DNA of 32,000 nucleotides from Roseofilum halophilum BLCC-M91 (GTDB taxonomy: Bacteria > Cyanobacteriota > Cyanobacteriia > Cyanobacteriales > Desertifilaceae), in assembly GCF_030068445.1 (NCBI RefSeq), contig NZ_JAQPOK010000012.1, forward strand, positions 1 to 32,000, in the 5' to 3' direction. Made by a program: the position numbers and the translations under genes. How positions within the stretch are numbered: the stretch's first letter is position 1; each line of letters begins with the position of its first letter. Of the stretch, positions 22,897 through 32,000 are shown piece after piece. The notes beneath the pieces were generated by a model. The model was not told the origin of the DNA. It saw only the letters and a list, made by a program, of their open reading frames with translations, and did no database searches.

Positions 22897-24429
22897 ATGA
22901 GTTACTGTGTCAACCCCGACTGCAAATCCCCCCAAAATCCCGATAGCGCTAAATTTTGCTCCAGTTGTGGGACTTCCCTCTATCTCCGACAACGCTATCG
23001 GCCCGTGACCCAACTCGGTCAAGGAGGATTTGGTAAAACCTTTATTGCCATTGATGAAGATATTCCCTCCCAACCTCTACGGGTCGTTAAACAACTCTAC
23101 CTCAAAGGCTTTAGCGATCAAGTCGTTCATAAAGCCCAACGGTTATTTCGCCAAGAAGCCGTTCGCCTCGATGAGCTAGGAAAACACGATCAAATTCCCG
23201 ATTTACTCGCCCATTTTGAGCAAGATAAACAGCTCTATTTAGTCCAGGAGTTTGTGGACGGCCCCACCTTAGCTCAGGAACTCCAGCAAAAAGGAGCCTA
23301 TGAACCCGAAGAAATTGAACAACTCCTGCGAGATCTTTTACCCGTTTTGCAGTTTGTCCATGACAATAATGTGATTCATCGGGACATTAAACCCCAAAAC
23401 ATCATCCGCCGCAAACGCGATAATTTACCCGTATTAATTGATTTTGGTGTCTCTAAATGGGTCTCCCAAACCACCTTAAATCAAACAGGAACCATCGTGG
23501 GCAGTGCCGAATATATGCCCTTAGAACAATTGCGAGGCAAGGTATTTCCGGCCAGTGATTTATATAGTTTAGGAGCCACTTGTTTGCATTTGCTCACCGG
23601 ATTGCCTCCCTTAGAACTCTATGATATTGCCAATGAAAAATGGGTATGGCGAGATTATTTACTACCAGAAAAACGGGTGAATTTATATTTGGCCGAAACC
23701 CTCGATCGCATGGTCTCTCGGAACTTAAATCAGCGTTTTCAATCGGTCTCCGATGTATTGTCTGTACTCTCGGTTACCCCTGGTTCCTTAATGGCCGTTG
23801 CTCCACCCAAACCCAAAACCCCTAAACCCGTCACCCCTCGTCCCGCTTCTAGTCGAACTGCGCTGAGTAACCAACCGACAGAACTCTCCACAAAAATCTC
23901 CACGAAACTCCCCAGCAAAACCTTTAACCCCCTTCATGTGGTGAAAACTTGGGTCTTTGGCTCCTCGGAAATATCCGCAGAATTAACTTCTGTCGTTGGT
24001 GTGGATTATACAAAGTTGCAAGGTTTCTTGCAACTCAAACGCTGGAAAGCAGCCGATGAAGAAACCTGGAACTGTCTGCATCAAGCCGCAGGTAAACCCC
24101 TGAGTCGCTTTTTAGCCCCCCGCGATATTACGAAGATTCCCTGTGAAGATTTGCAGACAGTCGATCGACTGTGGCTAGAAGCGAGCGAGGGACGCTTTGG
24201 ATTTACGCTTCAGGTTCAGGTGTATCAACAGTCGGCAGAGGAGTATTTTCAGTTCTGTCAAGCCGTAACATGGCCCTTACGACCGGGTGGTAATGCGGAG
24301 GACTATATTCAGTATAAAAATAATGCTCCAGTCGCTCACCTGCCCTCCCCCATTCGCTTCAAAGGATCGGATTGGTCAAAGCATGTGGAGGCGATCGCCT
24401 CTAAGTGTATTAGTTGCGGCTTAGTTTAG
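22897..24429 (+). CDS. Ser/Thr protein kinase with an N-terminal zinc ribbon and a C-terminal GUN4-like domain
   Basis: The zinc ribbon is CVNPDCKSPQNPDSAKFCSSCG. Kinase motifs are GQGGFGKTF, HRDIKPQN, DFG and AEYMPLEQ. A Pro-rich linker follows. The C-terminus KRWKAADEETW...IPCEDLQTVDRLW...SEGRFGF is GUN4-like. Confidence 0.85.
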   Translation: MSYCVNPDCKSPQNPDSAKFCSSCGTSLYLRQRYRPVTQLGQGGFGKTFIAIDEDIPSQPLRVVKQLYLKGFSDQVVHKAQRLFRQEAVRLDELGKHDQIPDLLAHFEQDKQLYLVQEFVDGPTLAQELQQKGAYEPEEIEQLLRDLLPVLQFVHDNNVIHRDIKPQNIIRRKRDNLPVLIDFGVSKWVSQTTLNQTGTIVGSAEYMPLEQLRGKVFPASDLYSLGATCLHLLTGLPPLELYDIANEKWVWRDYLLPEKRVNLYLAETLDRMVSRNLNQRFQSVSDVLSVLSVTPGSLMAVAPPKPKTPKPVTPRPASSRTALSNQPTELSTKISTKLPSKTFNPLHVVKTWVFGSSEISAELTSVVGVDYTKLQGFLQLKRWKAADEETWNCLHQAAGKPLSRFLAPRDITKIPCEDLQTVDRLWLEASEGRFGFTLQVQVYQQSAEEYFQFCQAVTWPLRPGGNAEDYIQYKNNAPVAHLPSPIRFKGSDWSKHVEAIASKCISCGLV

Positions 24430-24577
24430 CGATCGGCTCACGGGAGAGTACAATGGTGAGGGAATGGGGGAATAGGGATATAACATAGACCTCGGCTGCA
24501 CATTATTAACTCATCTGACAGGTGTCTAATGTTGGATGACCCATAACCACCCATTACCCCTGGGCAGCACTTGATCT

Positions 24578-24988
24578 TTATTCTTCTTGGGGAATAAAGT
24601 CTAAGGCCGCAGAATTCATACAATAGCGTAACCCCGTGGGAGCAGGGCCATCAGGGAAGACGTGGCCAAGATGGGCATCACAGGCAGCACAGAGAACTTC
24701 AGTGCGCTTCATGAAAAAGCTCCAATCATCTTTAGTGGCAATATGTTCTTCCTTGCTGGGGGCCCAAAAACTGGGCCAACCCGTACCCGAATCACATTTC
24801 GTTTCTGAGGTAAATAATTCTGTCCCACAACAGATGCATTGATAGGTTCCGGGTGTTTTATTGTTATAGTAAGCACCGGTAAATGCCGGTTCTGTACCCT
24901 TTTTGCGGGTGACCTTAAATTGCTCTGGGGTCAATTGAGCCTTCCATTCGGCTTCTGATTTCGAGATTTTTTCCACTGGCTTCACCAT
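24578..24988 (-). CDS. msrB: Peptide-methionine (R)-S-oxide reductase
   Basis: The SelR motifs are present: [24 protein letters not shown] and RYCMNS. Confidence 0.95.
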   Translation of the reverse strand: MVKPVEKISKSEAEWKAQLTPEQFKVTRKKGTEPAFTGAYYNNKTPGTYQCICCGTELFTSETKCDSGTGWPSFWAPSKEEHIATKDDWSFFMKRTEVLCAACDAHLGHVFPDGPAPTGLRYCMNSAALDFIPQEE

Positions 24989-25063
24989 ACACGACGATAG
25001 AATTAAGATACCATTGCGATCAAAGCATAAGCTAAATAAACTAAAGCTATTGATCCATAATTC

Positions 25064-26530
25064 GTGATTGCCATGATTCGGATTGGAAATTGGAAGCTCC
25101 GTTATTGGATTCTGACAGGTTATGCAATTCCACTCGGTGCGATCGCCCTCTCAACGATCTTAACTGCAATCAGTTTGAATGCGGTGCAACAGCGTAGCCA
25201 TACCTTAGAATTGTTTAATCGGATTGAATATCGCATTGCCCGAATTTACACAGATGTTAAAAATATTTCCATCCTGACGCGAGGATATCTACTCTCCCAG
25301 GAATCTCAAGTTCTCGATAGCATTACTAATTTGCGAGAGGTTTATACGAAGGATTTGGATCTTTTAGAAGAATTGATGGCCCAACAGGGACGGGAAGGAG
25401 AAGTGCAAGAAATTCGCCAGTCGATCCGGTTTCTGAGAAGTGCGAATAATCAACTCTTAGACACAGCCCGTGGGGGAGATGTGGAGGGGGCGATCGCCGC
25501 CTGGCGGAGCGGAGTGGCACGTGAGGAAGCCGAAGAATTGTCTGAACAGGTACAACGGCTATTCGAGCGCAATAATGATTTGACGGGGCGTGCAAGTCAG
25601 GAACAGGCCAAAGCCATTCAAAGACTTTCATTTTCAATTTGGGCGATCGCCTTTTCAGCGATATCCCTTTCCTTATTAGCCGCCTGGAGAACCTTCCAGA
25701 GAACCACTCGGCAAATGGACGCATCCGCTCAGGCGATCGTCCATTCATCGGCGGCGATCGGAGAAACCGCAACCGTACAAGAGCAAAACACCCAACAACA
25801 AGCCAGCTCGATTCGAGAAACTGATATCACCATGGGCAATCTGCGCTCAAGTTCCCAGCACTCTGCCCAACAAGCTGCCTCTGCACAGACAGAAGCCGAG
25901 CAAGCCCGACAATTGGCTGAACGGGGACGACAAGTTGTCGCCCACACCCTAACCCAGATGATGGAACTCCAAAAACAGGTCACAGCCGTCACGGAAGATA
26001 TTAACGGGTTACGAGAGAAAACCGCACAAATTCAAACCATTTCCGATTTAGTCGGCGAATTAGCCGAACAAACCAATATGCTGGCCCTAAATGCCGCCGT
26101 AGAAGCAGTACGAGCAGGCGATCGCGGTCGTGGGTTTACCGTGGTTTCTGAAGCCATTCGCAACCTTGCCGATCGCAGCAAAACATCCGCCTTAGAAATC
26201 AGCGCTTTGATCGCCGATATTCAAAAAACCACCGGTAACACCGCCCAGAGTGCCACAGCAAGCGCTCGATCTGCCCATTCAGGAGTCGAAAGTATGCGGG
26301 AAACAGCCGAAGTGTTTCAAGGTGTGACCATCGCCGTGGAAAAAATTGCCACCAACAGCCAGACCATTGCCATTCACCTGCAAGAGCAAGCCGCCGCGAT
26401 CGAACAAATCTCAGTCGCCATGACCGATCTCAAACAAACGGCACAGCAGACAGTACAAGGCATTCAGCAGGTTAAAGTTGGGACACAACAATTAAATGCG
26501 GCGGCCGTCGATCTGCAAGCATTTGTCTGA
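25064..26530 (+). CDS. Methyl-accepting chemotaxis protein (CHASE3-like sensor + MA domain)
   Basis: There are two TM helices flanking a ~170-aa periplasmic helical sensor. The highly conserved signalling hairpin is [38 protein letters not shown]. The start is GTG at 25064 or ATG at 25073. Confidence 0.9.
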   Translation: MIAMIRIGNWKLRYWILTGYAIPLGAIALSTILTAISLNAVQQRSHTLELFNRIEYRIARIYTDVKNISILTRGYLLSQESQVLDSITNLREVYTKDLDLLEELMAQQGREGEVQEIRQSIRFLRSANNQLLDTARGGDVEGAIAAWRSGVAREEAEELSEQVQRLFERNNDLTGRASQEQAKAIQRLSFSIWAIAFSAISLSLLAAWRTFQRTTRQMDASAQAIVHSSAAIGETATVQEQNTQQQASSIRETDITMGNLRSSSQHSAQQAASAQTEAEQARQLAERGRQVVAHTLTQMMELQKQVTAVTEDINGLREKTAQIQTISDLVGELAEQTNMLALNAAVEAVRAGDRGRGFTVVSEAIRNLADRSKTSALEISALIADIQKTTGNTAQSATASARSAHSGVESMRETAEVFQGVTIAVEKIATNSQTIAIHLQEQAAAIEQISVAMTDLKQTAQQTVQGIQQVKVGTQQLNAAAVDLQAFV

Positions 26531-26606
26531 CCTCAAGGGTTGACATCAATCAAAAATTTTCACCACTATGATTACCAATCATCATAGGGTGGGCAGCAGA
26601 AGGGAG

Positions 26607-27947
26607 CTATGGACTTGGAGAAGGCGCGGGAGCCGGTGCTGGGGAGGGAGAAGGAGAAGGAGAAGGAGAGGGGGATGGTGTCGTGCCTGGAGAGGGGGAT
26701 GGTGTCGTTCCCGGCGTTGGGCTAGGTGTCGTTCCCGGTGTGGGTGTCGGAGTAGGAGCAGGAGCAGGAGATGGGTCATTATTCAGGTTGGTATCAACGG
26801 TAAACACATCCGTGACATTATCTCGGAATTGTCGCCAAAACAGCATGAAGGTAAGGACATCTTGAAACGGCTGGGTAATCCGAGTCAGGGTTACGCTCAA
26901 TCTAGATAATAAGTTGCGATTCACTACGATAATGTCATTATCTAGCAAGCGAATATTTTGGGACACATCCCCTAATATGGCACTACGAGCATTAATGATT
27001 TTGCTCACCACTCGTCCCTGTTCTTGATCGAAGCGAATGACCCCGACTTTACTCAGTCTCGCTTCTTCAAAATTGGGCCCGATCGCCGTAATCGCATCGG
27101 CAAAGGTACTGCCATTGGGTAAAGTAATTGTCCCCACATTGTTAGTCGTATGGCGTACCACATCAATATTAATCGTGGGTTGAGATAAATTTGATTCTGC
27201 GGCTAACTGATGATCGTAGTCGAGATCCTGAAAATCAATTTTAGGGACAATAATCACATCCCCATCTTCAATCCGCAGGTCTTGGACTCGTTGCCCATAT
27301 TTGAGGGGAGTGAGCAAATCTACCGAAGCTTCTAAGACTGAACCATCCAATAAGGTTCGCCGAATAATAATATTACGCAGGTCTGCCGATTGAGTAGATC
27401 CCCCAGCCTGAACAAGAGCATCGGCCACTAAAGGAATCGGATTACTAGGGAGAGCATAGCTTCCCGGTTGAAAGACTTCACCGGTAATAATCGTTTCAAC
27501 AGGTCTCCGATTGCCCAGAGTGACCAAGACATTGGGTTCAATCACAAATTGATTTAAGCCAAAGCGTAGTTTTTCTTCCAGTTCGGGGAGAGTTAAACCT
27601 TTAACGGCCAATCGTCCCATTAAGGGGACAATAATATTCCCCTCTAAATCAATCAGAGCTTGAAAATTGAGATCGGGAAAATTGCTGACATTAACCGTAA
27701 TGGAATCTCCGGGGCCTAGGCGATAAACATCAAATTCTGGAGGAGGAGCGGTAGGCAATTCGTTATCGAGTTCCAGAGTTTCCCCTCGGTTTCTCAGTCT
27801 CTCTCGTGCGTCTTCTAGCAGTTGATCGACGGAGGTCGGTTGATCGATATCAATGGGTGGCAGTTGTCCCCTGGCCTGAGAAGGGAGGAACAATCCCATC
27901 GCTAATGTCAAATTAATAGTAATGTGGAAATTCCGAGAGTTAGCCAT
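26607..27947 (-). CDS. Polysaccharide export protein (Wza-like, Poly_export + SLBB) with a Pro/Ser/Thr-rich C-terminal tail
   Basis: The signal peptide starts at the ATG at 27947 (MANSRNFHITINLTLAMGLFLPSQARG). YRLGPGDSITVNV...GNIIVPLMGRLAVKGLTLPELE is the Wza N-terminal signature, and SLBB-like repeats follow. The terminal ~55 aa are PSP/PTP/PAP repeats. Confidence 0.85.
   Translation of the reverse strand: MANSRNFHITINLTLAMGLFLPSQARGQLPPIDIDQPTSVDQLLEDARERLRNRGETLELDNELPTAPPPEFDVYRLGPGDSITVNVSNFPDLNFQALIDLEGNIIVPLMGRLAVKGLTLPELEEKLRFGLNQFVIEPNVLVTLGNRRPVETIITGEVFQPGSYALPSNPIPLVADALVQAGGSTQSADLRNIIIRRTLLDGSVLEASVDLLTPLKYGQRVQDLRIEDGDVIIVPKIDFQDLDYDHQLAAESNLSQPTINIDVVRHTTNNVGTITLPNGSTFADAITAIGPNFEEARLSKVGVIRFDQEQGRVVSKIINARSAILGDVSQNIRLLDNDIIVVNRNLLSRLSVTLTRITQPFQDVLTFMLFWRQFRDNVTDVFTVDTNLNNDPSPAPAPTPTPTPGTTPSPTPGTTPSPSPGTTPSPSPSPSPSPSPAPAPAPSPSP
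26646..26738. repeat. Tandem nucleotide repeats inside the Wza-like gene's 3' end
   Basis: A (GGAGAA)n run starts at ~26646. A 24-nt unit agagggggatggtgtcgtNccNgg occurs at 26667-26690 and 26691-26714, with a partial third unit to 26738. Confidence 0.8.
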
Positions 27948-27954
27948 AGAGAAT

Positions 27955-28710
27955 TTATTGCACAGGGGATTGAGTAAAGACGGTTTCCATGAGGGTGGTT
28001 TGGATGGTTTGCACCAGAGACTGGGAAATGTCTTCAACGTCCTCTAGATCTCCTAGATGTTCCATCGGAATCATCATCGAAACGGCCATCCAAGGGGCCC
28101 GATCGCCTCGTGTTTGGGCTAGGCGATCGGCCATAAACCAGTTGACGGGAGCCGGATTTCCGCCAGTGGGCCAAGCATACCATTGCACCACAGCAAAGGT
28201 TTGCACCGGATTCCAGCCGCGAAAAAACCGCGATCGCACCCTTACTTCTTCACCAGAGGGAGTCTTCACTTCCCAAGTCTTCATTTGATAAGAATCCGTT
28301 TGCCAATCCCTAAAAATCTGTTGCACAAACCCATTCACATCGACCCATTCCACCCTGGGTTGGTCTAGGTCAGAATTTTGGATTAACAGCAACAGCAGTA
28401 CGGGTTTTTCCCAGTTTCCCTCAAGTTGCTGATAAGACCATCGATGACCCCCCAGACGAATCTCCATCTGCTCGATGGTTTCCCAACCGGAAAGGGTTAA
28501 TCCATTGTTGCGGACTTGTCGCAGCTCTTTTAAGGCCACTACTTTGGGGGGAGACTGCCATTGCCACGATCCATTGAAGTATCCCGGAATCGCACCTATG
28601 GCTAAAATGACTACCATAAAGCCGAGCAATACCCATAGGGGCCAAGACCGTTTTCCCGTTTTGGGGGGAGGCCCATCATTCATCGGAGTTGAGGGATTCA
28701 AGGGTTTCAT
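27955..28710 (-). CDS. Exosortase-associated EpsI-like protein (cyanoexosortase system-associated)
   Basis: It has a single N-terminal TM helix (WPLWVLLGFMVVILAIGAIPGY) and a ~200-aa soluble domain. The gene lies immediately downstream of the exosortase gene and overlaps it. The assignment rests on position and architecture. Confidence 0.6.
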   Translation of the reverse strand: MKPLNPSTPMNDGPPPKTGKRSWPLWVLLGFMVVILAIGAIPGYFNGSWQWQSPPKVVALKELRQVRNNGLTLSGWETIEQMEIRLGGHRWSYQQLEGNWEKPVLLLLLIQNSDLDQPRVEWVDVNGFVQQIFRDWQTDSYQMKTWEVKTPSGEEVRVRSRFFRGWNPVQTFAVVQWYAWPTGGNPAPVNWFMADRLAQTRGDRAPWMAVSMMIPMEHLGDLEDVEDISQSLVQTIQTTLMETVFTQSPVQ

Positions 28711-29593
28711 CAGTCTCTTCTGAGTCTAAATAGTCGTCACGATTGAGCCAGTTCAAAAAAAGCACCACCATACCTAACATGCCTGCGGAATATAAATCTC
28801 CGCCCCAACTTTCATGTAACCAATGAAATACGGGGTCATTGCCTGTGCCATGAAAATAGGTGAGTAGGGCATTACGGATAATATTGGCCACCACGCTAAT
28901 CACTACCGATCCGGCTAATAAGGAAATGACTTTACGCCCAGAGGCGATCGCCCCCGTCCAATAAAGCAGCATTAAGGCCACATAGAGACTGGTAAACAGC
29001 ATTTTCAAGCCCGCGCAGTGGGGCGCAACTTCCACCAGTCTGCCCCCAGTGGACAGATAAATACCATTAACCGTCACATCCATTCCCACGATACCAGAGA
29101 GGATAAATCCCGCCATGGTAGAAATAAAGCTTTGTAAGGGCAGAATATAAGGCTCGATTAGATAGGGGACTTCTGTGGGGGTGGCTAGGGCAACTAAAAT
29201 CAGGGGAAAGGTTTGGAGTTTGAGACCGGGAATCCCTTTTAGCCAGAGACAGACTCCAATCAACATTAGGGGAAAGGAGAGATTAACCAAATCGGGTAAT
29301 CCGGTAATGTAGAACACTCCACCGAGTCCCAGGAAAACGCCGCCTAGGGGATGGAAATTGTCTGGCAGTTGGGCCCATTGCTGGCGTTTTTCCCAGAAGG
29401 CAATATAGAGGGCAAAGGGTAGGCCGATTAATCCATGACTAAAATATTCATGTTCAATACTGATACTTTTATTAATCCAGCCGTCATACCAATGGAAAAG
29501 TAAGGGCCCATAGAGCAGGATAAAGAGGGCTAGAAGGGCATAGTTCACCCAAGATTTGGGGATGGAACTGGGAAAAGCAGAGGGTTGGGTCAT
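28676..29593 (-). CDS. Exosortase (cyanoexosortase type, EpsH/Xrt family)
   Basis: It is a multi-pass membrane protein with the catalytic-Cys motif VAPHCAGLKML and ANIIRNALLTYFHG. The start is set at the ATG at 29593 (MTQPSAF...). The longer tracked ORF overlaps the DegT gene. Confidence 0.8.
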   Translation of the reverse strand: MTQPSAFPSSIPKSWVNYALLALFILLYGPLLFHWYDGWINKSISIEHEYFSHGLIGLPFALYIAFWEKRQQWAQLPDNFHPLGGVFLGLGGVFYITGLPDLVNLSFPLMLIGVCLWLKGIPGLKLQTFPLILVALATPTEVPYLIEPYILPLQSFISTMAGFILSGIVGMDVTVNGIYLSTGGRLVEVAPHCAGLKMLFTSLYVALMLLYWTGAIASGRKVISLLAGSVVISVVANIIRNALLTYFHGTGNDPVFHWLHESWGGDLYSAGMLGMVVLFLNWLNRDDYLDSEETDETLESLNSDE

Positions 29594-29615
29594 GGTTTTA
29601 TGCTCGGAGAGGGTT

Positions 29616-30758
29616 TTAAGAATTGATACATTCAGCGATCGCCTCAACGACTCGTTGCATTTGTTCTGAGGTAATCCCTGGAAACATGGGTAGAGAGAGG
29701 ATCGACTCGCACAGTTGTTCGGCTTCTCGAAAGTCTCCCGCATGATAACCCAGATGGGTATAAGCGGGTTGCAGATGGCAGGGAATGGGATAGTGAATAC
29801 CGGTTTGAATGTTGGCGAGCTGGAGTTTTTCTTGTAGGGTATCCCGGTTAATTCCACTCTTTTCTAAGAGGCGAATCACATAGAGGTGATAAACATGGCC
29901 TGAGCCACTGAAGTTGGCGATCGGGACAATACCAGATTGGGCTAAGGGGGCGAGCAGGCGATCGTATGCTTGCGCCGCTTGATTGCGCTGTTGGTTCCAG
30001 CTCTTCAGGTGGGGTAACTTGACATTGAGAATCGCCGCTTGGATGGTATCTAAACGGCTATTGGTTCCCAGTTCCGTGTGGTAATACTTGCGCGGCGCTC
30101 CATAGTTTCTCAGGCTTTGCATGGTTTGGGCAACCTCTGGATCGTTGGTTAACACCATGCCCCCATCCCCAAAAGCCCCTAGATTTTTACTGGGATAAAA
30201 GCTATAGGCAGCCGCTTTGCCCACGGAACCTGCTGTATAGCCTTCTCGATGAGCTAAATGCGCTTGGGCGGCATCTTCAAAGATAAACAGGTTATGGGTT
30301 TGGGCAAAGTCTAGGAGGGCCTGCGGGGAGACCATTTGACCGTAGAGATGAACGGGCAAAATGGCTTTAGTTTTGGCAGTGACCAACTTTTCGGCCGCTT
30401 CGAGATCGATTAGGGCGCTCTGGGGGTCACAGTTGGCTAAAATAGGGGTTGCGCCTGAATGTATAACCCCGATTAGGGTGGCGATGAAGGTGTTGGCCGG
30501 TAAGATGATTTCGTCTCCGGGTTGGATGCCACAGGCTTTGAGTCCGAGGGCGATCGCATCGGTTCCACAAGCAACTCCAATACCATGCTTAACTCCGGAG
30601 CTTTCGGCAAAGGCGCTTTCAAAGTCTTTGACTGCTTGACCCATGATAAAGTCGCCTTGTCGCAAGACGGCTAACATGGCTCGATCGAACTCAGTTTTCA
30701 GGGGCTGGTGTTGGATCGAGAGATCCACAAAGGGAATAGTTGCAGAGGATGGGTTCAT
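29616..30758 (-). CDS. DegT/DnrJ/EryC1/StrS-family PLP-dependent sugar aminotransferase
   Basis: IPFVDL..Q, FE..FA...G.KHGIGVACGTDAI, the PLP-lysine context SFYPSKNLGAFGDGG, and SLPMFPG are present. Confidence 0.9.
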   Translation of the reverse strand: MNPSSATIPFVDLSIQHQPLKTEFDRAMLAVLRQGDFIMGQAVKDFESAFAESSGVKHGIGVACGTDAIALGLKACGIQPGDEIILPANTFIATLIGVIHSGATPILANCDPQSALIDLEAAEKLVTAKTKAILPVHLYGQMVSPQALLDFAQTHNLFIFEDAAQAHLAHREGYTAGSVGKAAAYSFYPSKNLGAFGDGGMVLTNDPEVAQTMQSLRNYGAPRKYYHTELGTNSRLDTIQAAILNVKLPHLKSWNQQRNQAAQAYDRLLAPLAQSGIVPIANFSGSGHVYHLYVIRLLEKSGINRDTLQEKLQLANIQTGIHYPIPCHLQPAYTHLGYHAGDFREAEQLCESILSLPMFPGITSEQMQRVVEAIAECINS

Positions 30759-30880
30759 TCGCTAATGACGATCGCAAGTTTAATCTTTTTCGAGTTTGGC
30801 ATTAACGGATAGAAAGTGGCAAATCACTGAAGTGGGTTAGGTGCTGAGATCAAATTTTATCGTTCTGGGGAGAGTATTGT

Positions 30881-31240
30881 ATGGACTATAAAACTGCCTG
30901 TGAGTTTGCGATCGCCCAAGGGTTACCCACGGGTGAAAATCCCGATGCCTTTTTGCTCCGCCTGCGAGCCGGAGAGCCACCGGTTCCCGGACAAGTTACT
31001 TCTTTGTTGTTGGCACTCAGTATTATTGCTGAACAATCCCAGGAGCAGCAACTCTTAGATCGCCGTTTGGTTTGTGCCCTGCATCAGTTAGCCATGGACT
31101 CTCGCCAAGCCTTCCTGGAGTATAAACAGTCGGGTGTCATTTGGCCGCCCTTATTAGACCAGGATCTGACTCGGATCGCGATCGCCGTGCGGAAAGTCTT
31201 TATCCCAAAACCGGCGATCGCCTTGAAACCTAGCAAATAA
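30881..31240 (+). CDS. Hypothetical protein
   Basis: This 119-aa ORF contains several HIP1 sites and has host-like composition. No domain is recognised. Confidence 0.45.
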   Translation: MDYKTACEFAIAQGLPTGENPDAFLLRLRAGEPPVPGQVTSLLLALSIIAEQSQEQQLLDRRLVCALHQLAMDSRQAFLEYKQSGVIWPPLLDQDLTRIAIAVRKVFIPKPAIALKPSK

Positions 31241-31607
31241 CAGTAATTCCCCTCCGTTGCACTCCAATAAACCCAGCAAAAGATTCACTTATTGTTAACC
31301 TAATTTTGACAAAATCTTGATGAAAAACATCAGGATCTATGGTAAATCGATCCCTTCCCCACACTACTGAAATCACCCCTGACCCGTGATCTAGATAACA
31401 AACCTTCAACAATCGACAATTTTCTTTACTTTCTGCTACCATTAAAAGTAGCGCTCTCTAATAGGTGTTAAGAAGAAAATTGAACTATCCTCCCTTAACT
31501 GGATACCCCTGGCAAGGCTTGTGGTATCTAGACCTAAAACTCAAGCGTAGACGTAAATGTGACCCCACAATCTCCTGGGTGGATAGCTGTGAACCCCCTA
31601 GTTTGAT

Positions 31608-31673
31608 TTGACCGGTCTGTAACTGCTAGGTTTGCCCCACCCTCAACTGAAGTTGGCAAACTGGGCCGGTCAA
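31608..31673 (+). other. Nested hairpin in a long non-coding region
   Basis: The outer stem pairs ttgaccgg (31608-31615) with ccggtcaa (31666-31673). The inner stem pairs gtttgcc (31630-31636) with ggcaaac (31655-31661). Confidence 0.3.
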
Positions 31674-32000
31674 TCAGCTAAGTTCATCCTAAACATTGCC
31701 TCTTGGAGAGAAAACCCCAAGGGAACTCGACGGTTATTTAGCTGCTCAAATCTCAAACCTTATAAGCTTTAAAGCTCTCGAAAAACACAGGGATAAAAAC
31801 CCAAAACCAGCTAGAAACCAATCTCTAGACATAACGTTTTGGGCAATTTTTGGAATAATTATAAAAAAGCCCTGCAAGTGATAACCCCTCCAAATTTGGG
31901 ATTGAATTGACCTGGAAATTCTCAAAATCTGGATTCAAGAAAGATAGAGAACCGGTATCCCAATCAAGCAGATTAGAACATAGGAGAATCCATCATGTCT

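Noticed and set aside
26568-26909. An Arg-rich 113-aa ORF (+), together with the 26582-26779 (-) and 26683-26865 (+) ORFs over the same repeats.
   Set aside because: These are alternative-frame shadows of the low-complexity PS/PT-encoding tandem repeats at the 3' end of the Wza-like gene. The poly-R/poly-L compositions are artefacts. The repeats are coding, not a CRISPR array.
29594-29857. An N-terminal 88-aa extension of the exosortase ORF.
   Set aside because: The extension overlaps the 3' end of the DegT gene in another frame. The exosortase-like sequence begins at the ATG at 29593 (MTQPSAF...).
31230-31442. A 70-aa ORF (-) overlapping the end of the 119-aa gene.
   Set aside because: It has no RBS, unremarkable composition, no recognisable motif, and overlaps a better-supported ORF. 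Support is not enough to call a CDS.
31995-32000. An ATG with an upstream AGGAGA at the extreme right edge.
   Set aside because: This is probably a real gene start, but only two codons are visible and no product can be supported.
1-32000. A search for rRNA genes, tRNA genes, CRISPR arrays and integrase genes.
   Set aside because: I recognised no tRNA-like T-arm/acceptor pattern, rRNA segment, regularly spaced direct repeats or tyrosine/serine recombinase motifs by eye. A tRNAscan/Infernal run would be needed to exclude small RNAs formally.

Overview
This is a cyanobacterial chromosomal window. The HIP1 octamer GCGATCGC occurs about 45 times by my eye count, and no rRNA, tRNA or CRISPR array was recognised.

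Conserved housekeeping blocks:
- an operon of a hypothetical gene, tsaC and a histidine kinase
- gvpF/L-gvpG
- a GT39/ArnT-like glycosyltransferase
- two cNMP-binding proteins
- DUF2237, xth, a NarL-type response regulator, GNAT, DUF2358, dusB, DUF4359
- a Ser/Thr kinase with a GUN4-like tail, msrB and an MCP
- an operon of DegT, cyanoexosortase, an EpsI-like protein and a Wza-like protein

Accessory patches interrupt these blocks:
1. The window opens in the 3' end of a tnpB-like gene, with a probable omega-RNA scaffold.
2. At 3.9-9.1 kb lie hicAB, a coiled-coil ORF, an untracked 44-aa ORF, a NADAR protein, ParA, an atypical ParB-N/HhH protein, and an AT-rich, HIP1-free m5C methyltransferase with a convergent putative restriction endonuclease.
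3. At 13.8-17.3 kb lies a HIP1-free mosaic island. It is bracketed by ~33-bp direct repeats and by one decayed plus one intact copy of an Rpn-family (PD-(D/E)XK) gene. It carries an Rpn-like gene coupled to an HTH/pentapeptide gene. Divergent from these is a tightly coupled pair: a multi-pass membrane protein and a stand-alone AHH-like HNH/EndoVII nuclease with no downstream immunity gene.

The membrane + AHH pair is my best candidate for an undescribed toxin/defence module. All family assignments come from motif recognition by eye; no searches were run.
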